A stretch of 64,000 bases of DNA from Selaginella moellendorffii (taxonomy: Eukaryota > Plantae > Lycopodiophyta), in contig NW_003314346.1 of NCBI RefSeq assembly GCF_000143415.4, forward strand, positions 713,216 through 777,215, written 5' to 3'. How positions within the stretch are numbered: the stretch's first letter is position 1; each line of letters starts with the position of its first letter. Shown in pieces: positions 23,942-38,117 of this stretch. The notes beneath the pieces are model-generated. The model had not been told where the DNA came from and searched no databases. It saw nothing but the letters and a program-made list of their open reading frames with translations. Both the position numbers and the translations under genes were made by a program.

Positions 23942-25410
23942 TGTAAGCGACTAAATTTTCCATTCTACTTTAATCACTTAACCACACCTCCGACCACTTG
24001 GAGGAGTCTCACTCACCACCTCAGTAAGTCCTATTTTGGACTTAGGGACTTGCTAGCCCCAAGAATGGCATCCATGCCACTCAACCATTGCACTTGGTCC
24101 AAGTGCTTCATGTGTCTAATCCCATGACCAACACCCCAAGGTACCACTGACATATCAGCTTGTTACACTAAGGCCATGCCCATTCACCTTGGTCACACTG
24201 GTGGTCTGACACCACCTACGCCACAGTCCCGTCTCTCAAAGACTGGGCCATCTGTCTATGAGTGATCAACCCAGATCCACTCTTTAGCATCCTTAGGATA
24301 ACCACAAATATGGGGAATAGCCTTCCCCAATATCTCTTTTCTGGTCCCCACCAAGTCCCTTTTCTGCCCATGGCTGTGTTCGCCAACACTGCCACTGGAT
24401 CGAGGCCCACAAACCCAACCACTAAGTCCTACGGTCCTCTAGGACTTCCTCATCACCCGACTGTATCCTTGGTCACTACACCAGAGGACTACTCCTCTCC
24501 CTTTCCACAATCTGGGCCTTTGGGACAACATTTCGGAACACCGTGGCCCTACGCGAGCCTCATGGGTACTCTCCCCACCTTCCACCTTTGGGTGCTCTAG
24601 CCATGGGCTTAGAGCGAGGTTTCGTTGAGGTATGCCAGGTATTCAAGTAGGTAGTGCCACCCATACTTGGACTGGGAGCATCGACCATTCGATCTCCCGG
24701 GGGAACTAGAGCCAGCTCTTGAACACTTCACCAAGCTACCCCACTTGTCGATCCATATTCACTCTAGTCTTGGACTTCCCAATGGTCAGTTCCTCACCCA
24801 ACACTGGGTATGGTCTTCCTGGGCCAAACTGGCCTTCTCTGGGCCCAACTGGCCTTTCCTAGCCAAACTGGCTCCACTGGGCTCCAACCCCCACACTCTC
24901 CCTACTATACTTTTGGAACCCCGCAGCCCCCCCCCTGGGGGATGATCACTTTGGGCTTTCATCCAATTGCCTGTATTAGTATTCGGACTCAAACTCAGAT
25001 TCAGACTCAGTCTCGGTCCCGGTTTCGGACTTGGACTCGGTCTCGATCTCGGTCTCGGTCTCGGTTCCATCTCGGACTCCATCTCAAACTCCATCTCGAG
25101 TCCATCTCGGACTCCATTTCGGACTCCATCTCAGACTCCATCTCGGGTCCATCTCGGACTCCATCTCGGGTCCACCTTGGACTCCATCTCAGACTCCATC
25201 TCGGGTCCACCTCGGACTCCATCTCGGTTCCATCTCGGACTCCATCTCGGGTCCACCTCAGACTCCAACTCGGGTCCATCTCGAACTCTTCCATGTGTCA
25301 TATGTTGGTCCTTTTGGATCCTGTTTTTGGGAGCCTTTCTTATTGCTCGCTTCGTGCTCGCTCCTTGAGCACTTTGTTGGGAGTTCCACTCCCGCTCTCG
25401 ACCTTCCAAG
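23942..25410 (-). mobile_element. Inverted, truncated family-A LTR nested in the family-A internal region
   Basis: Begins TGTAAGCGACTAAATTTTCC, the reverse complement of the LTR 3' end, and contains the GGACTCCATCTC array. Confidence 0.8.
24985..25290 (-). repeat. LTR-internal minisatellite (GAGATGGAGTCC/GAGATGGACC units plus GAGACC/GAGTCY hexamers)
   Basis: Read directly. The same array occurs at 26735-27150, 57560-58055 and 62905-63368, with degenerate versions at 36460-36565 and 37185-37425. Confidence 0.9.
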
Positions 25411-28162
25411 TAAATTGTGATCCATAGAAGTATAAATTGGTGCACCAACATGGGGAGTCATGCTAGACATCCTGGATGATACCATCTATAGATCCATATA
25501 CAGAGGTTGGGTTCAAGTCCCAACCCTCTAGTGCTTGGGTTCAAGTCCTAACTCACTAGGGCGTAATGATGGTTTCGAATACGAGGACACTCATTTTTTT
25601 GTGGTTATGGACTCTTAGCAAGAAGACTAGCTTGGGCACACTGCCAAGCAGGGGATGCCCTAGAGTCATAATGCACTGTTAGATTGCTTAGTGTGAAAGC
25701 TCGGCATATCTAATTTGAACACTTTAGTGCAAATGGCACCAAGGATGTGGTGAATGAGATGGACACTCAGTCTTAGTTGCTATGGACCCTTGGTCGGAAG
25801 GACTGGCTTGGGCGCACTACCAAGTGTAGAGGATGCTTTCGGGGACATGGTCAACAAGTTAAAGGTTTAAAAGACCTAATACCTATTGATAAACTTGTTA
25901 AAGTGTTAAGGTTAAATCACTAAGTGATTTTATGGCTAAAACAAGGATAAAGTCCTTATGAGGTTAAAGAATAAAGTTTTTAGTTCAAAGTGTTGATTTG
26001 AACTATTAGTAATGGTGTGGCTTGGTTAAAGTGACCAAGTGGGAAAAACACCTAAGGGAAATGAACTGTGACAATAAATGGTATTGCAAGTCTAAAAAAG
26101 GGACTCATAGGTGGGTCGCAATTTTGGGCCGTGCATAAAGCAAAAGTTCCAAAGTGTGATAATTATGTTGATGGAAGTTGAGACTACTTGGGAATGAGTA
26201 ATAAAATTAAAATAGAGGAGGTATCCCTAATAGTTTTAGCAAGAACTAAACCGAATAAAGGGAGAGAACCATCGTAAATGGTTTAATGAGTCTCTAAGTT
26301 GGAGAGAATATACTTCTTAGAGAATGGGCAAGGCATGGTGAGCCTTTGGTGTCAAACCATTGACGAATATTAGCTGGGTGCCAAGGATGAAAAATGGTAA
26401 TCCAAGACAAGATTACTTTAAAAAATGGTTTATCATTCAATGAGGACATCGAACTTTGTCTATGGGTGGTGGAGTTGTGAGACACAAAATCCTTAGGCCC
26501 CAAAGAGGAGCCGAAAGGGTGCCACATGGTAGTGGTTGAGGTGGAAGCCAAATGAGCGTAACATATTTAAACTAAAAGTGCCAACTCGAAAAGTCGAGAG
26601 CGGGAGTGGAACTCCCAACGAGGTGCTCGAGGAACGAGCACAAAACAAGCAATAAGTGAGTCTCTAAAAAAGAGACACAAGAGGACCAACACATAACACG
26701 TGGAAGTGTCCAAGAAGAAGTCCAAGAAGGAGTTTGAGATGGAGTCTGAGATGGACATGAGATAGAGTCCGAGATGGACCCAAGATGGAGTCTGAGATGG
26801 ACCTGAGATGGAGTCCAAAATGGAGTCCGAGATGGACCCAAGACGGAGTCCAAGATGGAATCTAAGATGGACCTGAGATGGACCCGAGATGGAGTCCAAA
26901 ATGGAGTCCGAGATGGAGTCCGAGATGGACCTGAGATGGAGTCCGAGATGGACCTGAGATGGAGTCCGAGATGGACCTGAGATGGAGTTCGAGATGGACC
27001 TAAGATAAAGTCCGAGATGGACCCAAGATGGAGTCCGAAATGCACCTGAGATGGAGTCTGAGATGGAACCAAGATTGAGACCAAGACCAAGATTGAGTCC
27101 AAGTCCGAGTCCAAGTTTGAGTTCGAGTCTGAGTCCGAGTCCAAGTCCAAATACTAATATAAGCTATTGGGTGAAAGCCCAAAGTGATCATCCCTCAATG
27201 GGGGGTGGGGGGGTCGGGGCTGCAAGGGGTTCCAAAAGTATAATAGGGAGAGTGTAGGGGTTGGACCCTAGTGGAGCCAATTTGGCCAAAAAAGGTTAGT
27301 GTGACCTCGTGTTGGGTGATGATATATCCATTAAAGAGTCCAAGGCTAGAGTGAATACAAACTGATAAGTGGGGTAGCTTGGTAAAGTGTTCAAGAGCCA
27401 GCACTAGTTCCCTTGGGAGATCGAATGGTCAATGCTCCTGGTCCAAGCATGGGTAACACTACCTACTTAGATACTTGGCATAGCTCAACAAAACCTCACT
27501 CTAGGCTAGAGCACCAAAAGGCGGAGGTGGGGAGTGTACCCATGAGGCTTGCGTAGGGCCACAGTGTTCTGAAATGTTGTCCCAAAGTCCTAGACTGTGG
27601 AAAGGAAGAGGAGCAATCCTTTGGTGTAGTGACCAAGGATATGGTCACATGGTGAAGAAGTCCCAGATGACAGTAGGACTTAGTGGTGGGGCCAGTGGGC
27701 CTTGACTTAGTGGTAATATTGGCAAACAAGGCCATGGACAGAAAAGGGACTTAATAGAGACTGTAAAAGGGATATTAAAGAAGGATATTCCCTATATCTG
27801 TAGGCATCCTAAGGATGTTAAGGAGTGGATCTAAGATGATCACTCATGGACGGATGGCCCAGTCTTTGAAAGACGGGACTGTGATACAGGTGGTGTTGGA
27901 CCACCAGTATGACAAAAATGAATAGGTATAACCTTAACATAATGGGTTGATATGTCAATGGTACCTTTGGGTGTCAATTATAGGATTGGACATATGGAGC
28001 ACTTGGACCAAATACAAAGGTTGAGTGGCATGGATGCCATTCTCAAGGCTAACAAGCCCCAAGTCCAAAATAGAACTTATGGAGGTTGTGAGTGAGACTC
28101 CTCCAAGTGGTCAGAGGTGTGGTTAAATGATTAAAGTAGATTGAAAAATTTATTCACTTACA

Positions 28163-29298
28163 TGGACATCATAGATACGACCACGTCCTTGCCCTTCTTT
28201 TTGAACTCGGGTAGTAGTGACATCAACCTCCATTAAAACAGAAGTATTTCCTATAGGAAGTGGAGTTGAAAGATGTGCAGTGAGAAATGAAAGACATAAC
28301 ACCTCATAATGTTATGCCAAACGAAGAGCATCATCAAGGGTGGTTGGAGCAAGTGTATGCATAAGTCCTATAAAATCTTGATGAAGTGTTGGCCACAACA
28401 TTCCCAACTTGATCTGCTCCGACATATTTGGCTTTACATGAAGCAAGAGGCTTCAGAAACGAATGCTAAATTGCATCACCGACTCAGATGGCCCTTGATG
28501 AAAACAATGCAATTGTTGAAAAACATCATCACAATCGTCAGCATGTCCAAATATGCATTTGAACACGCCCGAGAGAATGCTCCAATCTACACGAATAGCT
28601 GCGCTCAAACCATTGTACCACTATAGTGCCATTTCTTGGAGATACATAGGGAATTCATGCAAACATTATGCATCATCCCAAAAATGATATATGGCAATCA
28701 TCGTAAAGTGATCAAACCAATGGTACACATTATCTCCAAGATACCTATGGAAAAACTCAAGCCAAACGCGAGGATTGGCAGCAAGAGCAAAAGGAGTTGT
28801 ATTACACATTGTGAATACCACCATCAATTGAGTTTGATTGTTCAATTACAACTACATAGCATCGAGCAATTGCACTAATTGCTACTCCAGAGTCAAAGGA
28901 GGAGGAGACTACTGCTCTGCCATGAAGATGAATTAAAAGGAAAGAAAAGAAATAGTAAAGTTAGAAGGAAAGGGAGATTTAGACAATGCAAAAGTTAGAT
29001 CTAAACCAAAATCCCAAAAGGAAAAAGCAAAAAAAATAAATGGAAAAAGCTAAATCTAGACAATGTAAAAGCTATATCTAAATTGAAATTCAAGCACTCT
29101 TTAAGGACAATAAAAAATGCCCTTCACCTCCACTAATGTGAGTGCATGAAATATGGAAAGAGAATATAGAAAATATGTATATCAATTAACCCAGAAACCT
29201 TAGCTTATATACAGGAGCGAATAATCTAGATTGAAACCAATCCAATGGCTACCAAAATCCCATTACGTTAATATTAGTATATAGCATCGTAGCTGTAC
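28163..29298 (-). mobile_element. 5' fragment of a family-C Gypsy element (LTR ~29298-29137, gag remnant)
   Basis: 28165-28365 matches 57136-57325. 29137-29290 matches the LTR at 53409-53567. Confidence 0.7.
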
Positions 29299-29899
29299 AC
29301 AAAATTTATATTATTCTTAAGAATATTCTAAATAGAATATTATTTTGAGATTGTATATTCTCACAAATTAATGAATATATAATTACAATGAAGAATCAAT
29401 CTCAAAACCAAATTATATGCAAATCTACAATCTGCCACTGAAACAAGCTCACAAGTATGGATTGCTTTATGATAAATCTTTTTTCTAGAAGTATCACCAA
29501 TCTCAACACAAACTTTAGCTATATAATATGTGACTGTCATCACTAACACCATACTCCTCATCAAAATCTATATCCCACTCATTTGCCATCCCCAAAAGAA
29601 CATGTTACTCCAATACCAATGAAATGAATGAGGAGTAAACCCTAGGCCAACCTCCCAACCCTTAATGCATTACAACCTTAAAGCCATGAAATATTCTTGG
29701 ATTATTCCTGTGGTTTGTGTCATATGTTCTAGCAGATTGTTAATGTAATTACCCTCAGGGATTGGATCAACCTCTGCTAAATAGAAACGTCGCATCGAGT
29801 AGGTATGGACAGTAAACATAAACCTGTTGGTAACCAATTTGCTATATGCTCTAAAAATATAATACTTATATAGTGAATATCCCATTATCAATCTGTACA

Positions 29900-30615
29900 T
29901 ACCAAAGTTACCATCAGATTTGAGCTTGCTGTTGCCCACAGATGTCCAAATACTCTCATCTGTTCATTGGAGGCTCCAATCACCTGGGTGAGTAGAGCAA
30001 GGACAATGAATACACAGGCAAACCTTGAGCTCACTAGCACTAAATTATGATCCCAATAGTGAAGGGACAGCACTTTTGTTGCCGAAGCAATCTGACAGGT
30101 CGAAAATAACAAACACAACTTAGAGCACACAAGCACAAACTAAATCAGCATTGATTACCCAGAATATCGTTTGGTGAATCTCCTCTGTAGAACCGATTGT
30201 TTATGCTCTGATGAGAATCAGAGTGAGGTCACTTTGACAACATTTCTCACCGTTGATTCAAATATGAGAGTAATTGTTTGGCCTCTGCAATAAAGAGCTT
30301 CGAACCAGTGACCAAAGGACCAGAAAATCATGTGGACTAAACACAAAAAGTAAGGAAAATATAAGTTCAAAAATCGCCGCCAGCCCACGTACCTTGTCCA
30401 CAAAGAGCTTCGTGATGTGATCTCAAATCTGTTTACTTGAAGACAGCAAAAATTCCAACGCATTTAAGCTCACCTGCACATTATTGATTACTTAGTGTTG
30501 GATTTTTCTGTTAAGAGAGCTTACCGCAAATGTATCCCTTTCAGCTCTTTCGCGGTCTTCCCATATACGGGTGTCAAATATGCGTAGCACGTTCTCAGCT
30601 GGACCACCCTCTAGA
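29900..30615 (-). pseudogene. Multi-exon fragment of an unidentified host gene
   Basis: Series of short GT-AG bounded segments (GGPAENVLRIFDTRIWEDRERAERDTFA; VNRFEITSRSSLWTR; GQTITLIFEST; IASATKVLSLHYWDHNLV; VIGASNEQMRVFGHLWATASSNLM). Product not recognised. Confidence 0.45.
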
Positions 30616-30699
30616 TGACAAAGCTCTAAATGCCACCAGTTATGACTATGCCTGAAAGAGAAAAAACAGAAACCAGAAATAAGTTCGTATCACATCTAT

Positions 30700-31252
30700 T
30701 TGAAAGAAGAAACCAGGCCACCCGTTGCTCGGACAAGCAATCTCCCGGACCCTTGGCTTCGACCAGTTTTGCCCTCCTTGGTCTTCTGCAAGAAGCATAT
30801 GAATCACTAACAATCCTGTAATTGTGTGAAGGTCTTCATTCTCCCAGTTAACCCTCCCAGAGTGCTTCCACGACGAGTTGCATAGCTCCACCATCGCATA
30901 TGGCTTGAAAAAGAGATTCAATAAGCGAGCTTCGGACTGGATAGAAAGAAATCCATGCACAAGTCCAATGGTGCAGTCTCTGCAAAATAACACAAAACAA
31001 GGTTTTTTCAACACAAAGAGCCTCTTGCAACGCGCAAACAAGAAGAGCAGAAGAAGTCCACAAGAAAATGAAACAAGAACCTGAAGTGTGTCTGGAAGAC
31101 ATCTGGAATGAGTTTTTCTTCCCACTTTGCAGGCAAGTATCTGGACAAGACAAACCATCGATCAAGCTGCTTGAATCAAAACAGAGCAAACTCCAAACCA
31201 AGATGGCACCTGACAAGAAGTTCATTCCCGCGTTTGCTTCCCACACACAGGG
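30700..31252 (-). pseudogene. FAN1: FAN1 copy B: internally deleted chimera of the UBZ region joined to the VRR-NUC region
   Basis: 31107-31252 matches 51772-51912 (CPVCGKQ..GNELLV.CHL). 30705-31107 matches 44460-44902. Confidence 0.8.
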
Positions 31253-34200
31253 GACACATTTAGGTGACAATACCACCATCCCTGTGGACAGCATCGGGCA
31301 ATTCCAGCTCTCACTCGATCATGGGAGGACCATGGCCTTTGATGGTGCCATGCATGTTTCCACTTTGCGACAAAACTTAATGTCCGTCGCCAAGATATGT
31401 GATCAAAATGTGGTGGTAGTCTTTGATGCAAAGGGAGTCTCTTTAATTGACTCTAGCGACTTTCATATGCTTGGTACGCAGTTGCTTCGTGGGTCACGCA
31501 TTGGGGACTTATATGAGATTACTGCTGTCAACCCAGTTCAAGCCTTTCAGACTGTGGAGGCAGATTCTCGTGCGGAGCTTTGGCATAAAAGACTCGGTCA
31601 TGTTCATTATCAATCTCTTCAACAGATGAAGTCCCAAGATATTTTCCATCTACATTTTGTGAAGCTTGTGTTCTAGGCAAGCATCACCGCCGGAATTTCT
31701 CACCGAGTAAGCATCGAGCACTTGGACTTCTGGACTTAGTCCATTCTGATCTTTGCAGCCCTATGGACGTGCCAAGTCACAATGGCGCAAGATATTTCAT
31801 CACATTCATTGATGACTTTAGCCGTCGAACATGCATCCACTTCTTGATGCGTAAGAGTGATGCAGTTGTTGCCTTTCAAACGTACAAGGCGTACGTTGAA
31901 AACCTCCTTGGTCGATAGATAAAAGCTCTTCGAGTTGATGGTGGTGGTGAACTCAACAATGAGCTTCGGGGCATCTGTCGTGATGTAGGCATACGCCTAC
32001 AAGCTACAGCCCGCTACACCCCCTAGCAAAATGGTGTTGCAGAAAGGAAGAATCATACTCTTGTCAATGCTGCTCGTGCTTTGTTAGCTGATGCACATCT
32101 TGACAAGATGTTTTGGCAAGAGGCCATAGCCACAGCAATGCATGTACAAAATCGCCTTGCCACGGCTGCTTTGGATGGAAAAACCACTGAGGCATTTTGG
32201 ACAGGTTCTACTCTTGATGTGTCCCACTTTCGGGTCTTCGGTTGTGCAGCATACGCACATACCCCTGATCAACTTCGGAAAAAGCTAGATCCCAAGAGTA
32301 AAAAATTCATCTTCGTGAGATATGCACAGGATGACACTATCGGGAGAAAAGCTTACAAGTTGTGGGATCTTGCATCTCATAAGGCTATTGTAAACACCGA
32401 TGTCATGTTCAATGAAGACGACTTTCCCATGCATACAGAGGCTCTTCAAGATCCTTCTTTTATTGCTGAGACTCGACTTGTTCCTTTGATCCCACTTATG
32501 GGAGATGGTCCACTCTTGCCTCCGCCTCAAGATCCTATTCATGAGTTGCCACCAGAGATTCCATTGGGGAATCCTCCACTTCTGGACATGCTTGAACCAG
32601 CTGATGCTCCTCCAGTTGAGGACAGGCCTCCAACACCTCCACCACCTTGTTGACGTCGTGGCATGCCTGATCCGATGCCAGTTCTTGATCACCCCCGGGA
32701 ACGTCGGCCCTCGTTAAAAGTCCGGGAAAATGCTGAAGCAGATGCTGCAAAGCTTGATGAATTTTGTGGCCTTGTTGACGTCGGCATTCCCATGACCTAA
32801 GGCTATCTCAGGACCTGAGGATGGAAGCTATTGCGGAAGAAGTTTCTTCCATTCGGGTTAACGGAACTTATGTTCCAGTTGATTCAGCGCCACCGGGACG
32901 ACGTGTTTTGGATCCAAAATGGATTTTTTCCAAAAAGTATGGGAAAGATGGCCAGGTTGTACGTTATAAGGCACGGTTGGTTGTTCACGGTTTTTGCCAA
33001 GTCCATGGCCTTGACTACGATGAAACATTCTCACCAGTTGTAAAAATGGCCAGCCTCCGTACTCTTTTTGCCCTTGTGGCTGCTCGCAAATGGCAAGTCC
33101 ACCATATGGACGTCAAAACTACATTTCTGAATGGGGATTTGCAAGAGGACATCTATATGCATATACCTCCTAGTTTTGAGGATGATGTTACCCCTGGTGG
33201 CCCTATATGGCAATTGCGAAAAGCTTTGTATGGCTTAAAACAGAGCTCCCGTATTTGGTATCAAAAATTTGATGCCACCCTACGTGCTCAAGGCTTTCAT
33301 CGCTATCATGCTGATCACAATGTGTATGTCAATGGTCATGCTGAGTGCATGGTTATTGTGGCCCTCTACGTTGATGATTTGCTCATCATGGGTGATGACA
33401 ACGATGCCATTGCTGCTCTGAAAGATGCTCTCAGCCAGCAATTCCAGATGAAGGACCTTGGCCAAGTCTCCTACTTTCTTGGCTTTGAAGTCACACATGA
33501 TCCTGATTCTGATGGCTACATGCTTAGCCAACAACGTAAAGTCGAAGTCTTGCTGGATCGGTTTGGTATGCGTGATTGCCACCCCGTCAAGACCCCAATG
33601 GTCGTTGGTGCTATCGACCTCACAGTTGAGCAGTCTGGTGAGCCTCTACCCACTGGGACTCCCTATCGGCATCTCATTGGTTGCCTCACATATTTAGCCC
33701 TAATGACTCGCCCCAACATCACATATGCGACTATTGCCTTGAGTCAGTACAACATATCATCAACCACCATACATTGGCAAGCTGCCAAGCGTATCGTGAG
33801 ATACCTCCGGGGCACTATGGACTATGGCATTGCTTATTCAGGGGGTGATGCATCATTAGCATGCTACACGGATGCTAGTTTTGCCAACAACAAAGGTCAT
33901 TGCTTGACTTCTGGCATTTGCCTTTCCTTCTCAGGAGGTGCCATCACGTGGGCCTCCAAGCGACAATCTGTGGTGGCCCTTTCTAGTGCATAAGCAAAGT
34001 ACATCACACTCACTACTGGTAGCAGGGACGTGGTCTGGGCTCGAGGGTTACTTGTTGAGCTGGGATGCGCACAAGCTGGCCCCACTACTTCTTGGTGTGA
34101 CAACCAAAGCAGCATTGCCATGTCCAAGAACCCCGTCCACCATGCCCGCTCGAAGCACATTGAAGTCCAATTTCACTACGTGCGTGAGTTGGTTGACAGT

Positions 34201-34426
34201 GGCACCCTCGCCATCCAACGTCTCGGGACACAGGATATGCCAGCCGATCTTCTCACTAAGCCGTTGGGGCCACACCAGTTTCAGCTCCTACATGACAGAT
34301 TTGGTTTGGTGAGTGGCTTCGGTTTGGGGGGGAGTGTTACACGACACACCCTCGCCACATGTCCATTAGGGTTTTCCTGTTCTGTCCGCTAGCGCGGTGC
34401 GCTTTGATCCCGATTTGTCTCAAACA
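31253..34426 (+). mobile_element. 5'-truncated Ty1/Copia retrotransposon pol (GAG-pre-integrase, integrase, RT, RNase H), PPT and start of the 3' LTR
   Basis: LWHKRLGHV; LVHSDLC..YFITFIDDFSR; KWIFSKK...YKARLVVHGF; LYVDDLLI; YTDASF; WCDNQSSIAMSKNPVHHARSKHI. IN-RT-RH order. PPT 34326-34334; LTR starts TGTTAC at 34335. Contains stops and frameshifts. Confidence 0.93.
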
Positions 34427-35425
34427 TGACATCCTTGTTATTCATCTTTAGCTAGTAGCTCATCTAAGCTCGAAGAATCTGAATGGCAAAGCTTATGGGA
34501 TTGACGCTGGATTCTTGGCTTCCAAGCTGGATCACCGTCACAGCCTTGCAATTTGCCGAGACTGCCCAGATGTTCTTCTGGCAGCTCACAGCGCGGAAGA
34601 AAAACTTGTGATCAGTGGAAGAAGCGGTCGTCAGCTGCAGCTCCTCCCATAACTTCTTGCCTCCAATACAATGATCCGGCCATGTCGTTCCATAGGTGCA
34701 CAAAGTAGTGGCGCCGGGGCAATCCAGTCGCCACTTCCCAGTCACCACGAAAACAAGCGTCTGTCCGGCACGACCGAGCGAGCTCAAGATCACCTGGTTG
34801 TGAAAAGATTTCGTTTCCTGCGGTGGAGAACGCAGCATTGGTGCTGCGAAGCTCCATCGATTCTTGCGTGCATCGAAGACACTCACCAAATTGCAAGGAG
34901 ATAGAGCTTGGGACCCAGAGCCCTGCACTCGAATCCTCCCGTGTTGGGCTCATCCTGGCGAGCTTGTACCGGCAATGCACATTCTGCTATCACATATGCC
35001 CACTTTGGGCATCTTGACGAGGCCATCAAGGTTTTCCACTCCCCTTCTCTCGGAACATCCTATTACGGGTCCTTTGCAAAGAAAATCGCGTTGCTGATGC
35101 GAGGAAAGCCAGGACGTGGTGACCTGGACGACAATAGTGAGCGCATATGCCCCGATTGGGCATCATGACGAGGCAAATGCCACAACGAGCTCTTCAGGCT
35201 TGGCTCGGGCCGAGACATGCATCACGCCAGCCAAATCTTCTTTGGGATGCCCCAGTGCGATGATGGTTTAGTCTCTACGTGTTCTCCCAACAGACTCCAT
35301 GCCCACAATAGGGATATGGAGCAAGCAACTGCATTGTTCAATAGGATACTCATCACGGATGACAGAGTCATGGGGGATGTTCTTTAAGGTGCATGGAATC
35401 CCTTGTGATTCATCTCTTTGGAACT
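34421..35425 (-). pseudogene. Kelch-like gene fragment, duplicate of 43093-44120
   Basis: Near-identical to 43093-44120. VSVFDARKNRWSFAAPM is a kelch-like blade. Confidence 0.55.
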
Positions 35426-36329
35426 TGCATTTCTTGATCCTGGATTATATAGGGTGGCCTAAAATTATTATATTCAACACTTATGGATATAGTATTTATT
35501 AATAGAATATTATTCCTCACCATGAACATTATGTGTCCTTAACTCTTTCTTGATTTCCCTATATATCCATGTGTGCATACCTTTCACACTAGCTCTTGAA
35601 CAACTGCAATAGTGTTTTAGAAAATTTTCTAGACATACACACCCATCCATTTTTTCCAAATAAAAGTAGCATATAAGACACTAAAGAATAAACACATTGA
35701 CAATATATAGATTCTTATTAGTATAGATTATCAATCTTGGAAATGAGACTTCAAAACTATAATAATGTCAGAACCACTTGTATTATAATTATATATAATA
35801 ATGTCTTTACATGTACTAGAATATTATCACTCTTAAAAATATCAGATACTCATAATGAACTAAACTTTTGAAGAAACTAAGACATTGTATGCATACTACA
35901 TCTTATAGTGGCCCTAGAATAAGGTATGCTATCTATAATCAATAGCATTTTATTATTTTTTCCTTTTTAGGAATGGGTAAATATGCATAAGAAAGTAACT
36001 ATGACTCTAACATTACATTATAGGGTTGCCTAAATATTTTATATTTAGCACTCACTGTTTACTAATAGAATATTATTCTTCACCATGAAATTATAGTAGT
36101 TGTGTGTCTTTAACTCTTTCTTGATTTTCTTGTATATCCACGCATGCATACATTTGAAACCAACTCTTAGGCATTTGCGTCGGTGCTCAAGAAAATATAT
36201 TGAACCCATGCAACCATATATCTTGTTCAAATAAAAGTAGCATATAAAATAATTAAGTATCCATATATATTTAAGCACTCATGCCATTTTTGGAGCAAGA
36301 TTTTGAAAAAAATGTTAAGCATTAGAGGC

Positions 36330-37510
36330 ACCTTAACAGCAACATCATAAAGAGGGAACTTTTATTAAGCATGAAGCAATTAATAAACAAGTCTCTAAAA
36401 TGGGACACAAGAGGGACTGACATATAGCAAGTGTCATAACATATGAAAGTGTTGGGATTGCGTCCGAGATGGAGTCTAAAATGGAATCCTTGCCTAGGAC
36501 CGAGATTGAAACTAGGTCTAAGTCCAAGTCCGGGTCTGAGTCCAAGTTTGAGTTTGAGTTTGAGGGTGAAACCCCAAAGTGATTGTCTTCCAAACCTTGG
36601 GGGGAGTCTTTATGGGATAGTAGAGGAAGACTCTAGTGAAAATAATTTAGCTAGGAAAGGCCAGTGTAACCAAAGAAGGTTACACCCACATGGTGGGTGA
36701 TGATATAACCACTTAGGAGTTTAAGGCTAGAATGAACACAAATGGACAAATGAGGTAATTTGGTAAAGTGTTTAATAGTTGGTTTTAGTTCCCTCGAGAG
36801 ATCAGATTGTCAATGTCCCTAATTCAAATGTGGATGGCAATACTTACTTGGATACATTGTATGGCTTATTAGACCTTTGCTTTAGCCACATGGCTAGGGC
36901 ACCTTAGTGGTGGAAGATAGGTGGAGTATTTATGAAGCTCATATTGGGTTATAGTGTTTCAAAATGTTGTTCTAAAGTCCTAGACCATGGAAAGAAAGAG
37001 AAATGGTCCTCTTGCTTAGTGATCAAGGGTATGGTTATATAGTGAGGAAGTCTCAAAAGTTAATAGGGTTTAGTGGATGGGCCTTCAGACCCTAGACTAG
37101 TGGTGTGTAAGGAATTAGCTCGTTGAGGTGTCGTAGGCTAAAGGATCCTTGAAACCATGAGTAGAATGATAAAGAGTTCATCGAGTGAGACCGAATCTGA
37201 GATCGAGTTCAAGACTGACTCCAAGAGTGAGTTCGAGACCAAGTCTGAGACCAACTCCGAGATTGAGTTTGAGACCAAGTCGAGATTGAGTTTGAGACAA
37301 AATTTGAGACTATGTCCAAGATCTGAGATCGGGTCTGAGATCGAGTTGGAGATCAAGTCCAAGACCGAGTTCGAAACCAAGTTCAAGGTTAAGTCCAAGA
37401 TCGAGTCTGAGACCAAGTCCGAATACTAATATAGGTTGTGGGGTAAAAGCCTAAAGCAATTGTCACACGGGGGGGGGATGCAAGGGGTTCCAAAAGTATA
37501 ATAGGGATAA
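36330..37510 (+). mobile_element. Old degenerate family-A-related LTR fragments
   Basis: Homologous to 57480-58660 and 22733-22900, with GAGTCC/GAGACC arrays. Confidence 0.65.
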
Positions 37511-38117
37511 TAAAGTCTAGGAACCAATTGTGAATAAACTCTCCAATGTGGTGCTTTCAAATCAACTTGAGGTTGAGACTAGGGCTTAAGGGCCTTTGGT
37601 GGGAGTGAGCATGGACTTGGGTGGTGCCGAAGAGGCCACCCAAGGAAATGTTCAAGAGTAGCTCCCACTTCCGGAAGGGAAACCGACTATGGTGCTCTCG
37701 GCTTATATGGAGTGGTACCCCATTTGAGTACCTTATGGCTCATTAGTCTTCGCTCCTTTCTAGGGGCTTATGTGATCATGGGATAAGATTTGGATATATT
37801 GTCACCGTGGATTCTTGAAACCTTAGGGGATAAATAGGGATAAAATAGCCATTAAGAGCTATTTTATTAAGCAATTGCCCCGTTTCCAGTTGGCTTAAGG
37901 GGAAAAAGATAGGGTGCATTAGAGGAAATAGCACGGGTTCGATTCTCATTGATTAGTAGCTATTTAAAAATATAATATACCCTTAAGTAAAGTATATTTT
38001 ACACAATGGAAGGATTAGTACATTCAATGTGAAAATAGAGGTGTTGATTCCTTTGTCTCAGTAAGGGTTGTTAGTCAATAGTCAATGAGGACATTGACAT
38101 CTCTAAAAGGGGGTGAG

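Larger units (their letters stand above)
22733..28162 (+). mobile_element. Family-A non-autonomous LTR element (partial 5' LTR 22733-23519, internal region with deletions, PPT, 3' LTR 26476-28162)
   Basis: Homologous to 57339-64000. Degenerate PBS after 23519; GGGTGGTGGAG PPT before TGTGAGACAC; the LTR ends TTACA. Confidence 0.8.

Noticed and set aside
24786-27257. ORFs rich in SISDSISG / RWSPRW / LGLHLG (also at 57425-58191 and 62861-63424)
   Set aside because: Translations of the LTR minisatellite, which is open in several frames.
35495-36260. Direct repeats (35500-35680 and 36063-36250) and AT-rich 40640-41340 as MITE or Helitron
   Set aside because: I could not find convincing TIRs, TSDs or a 3' hairpin with CTRR.
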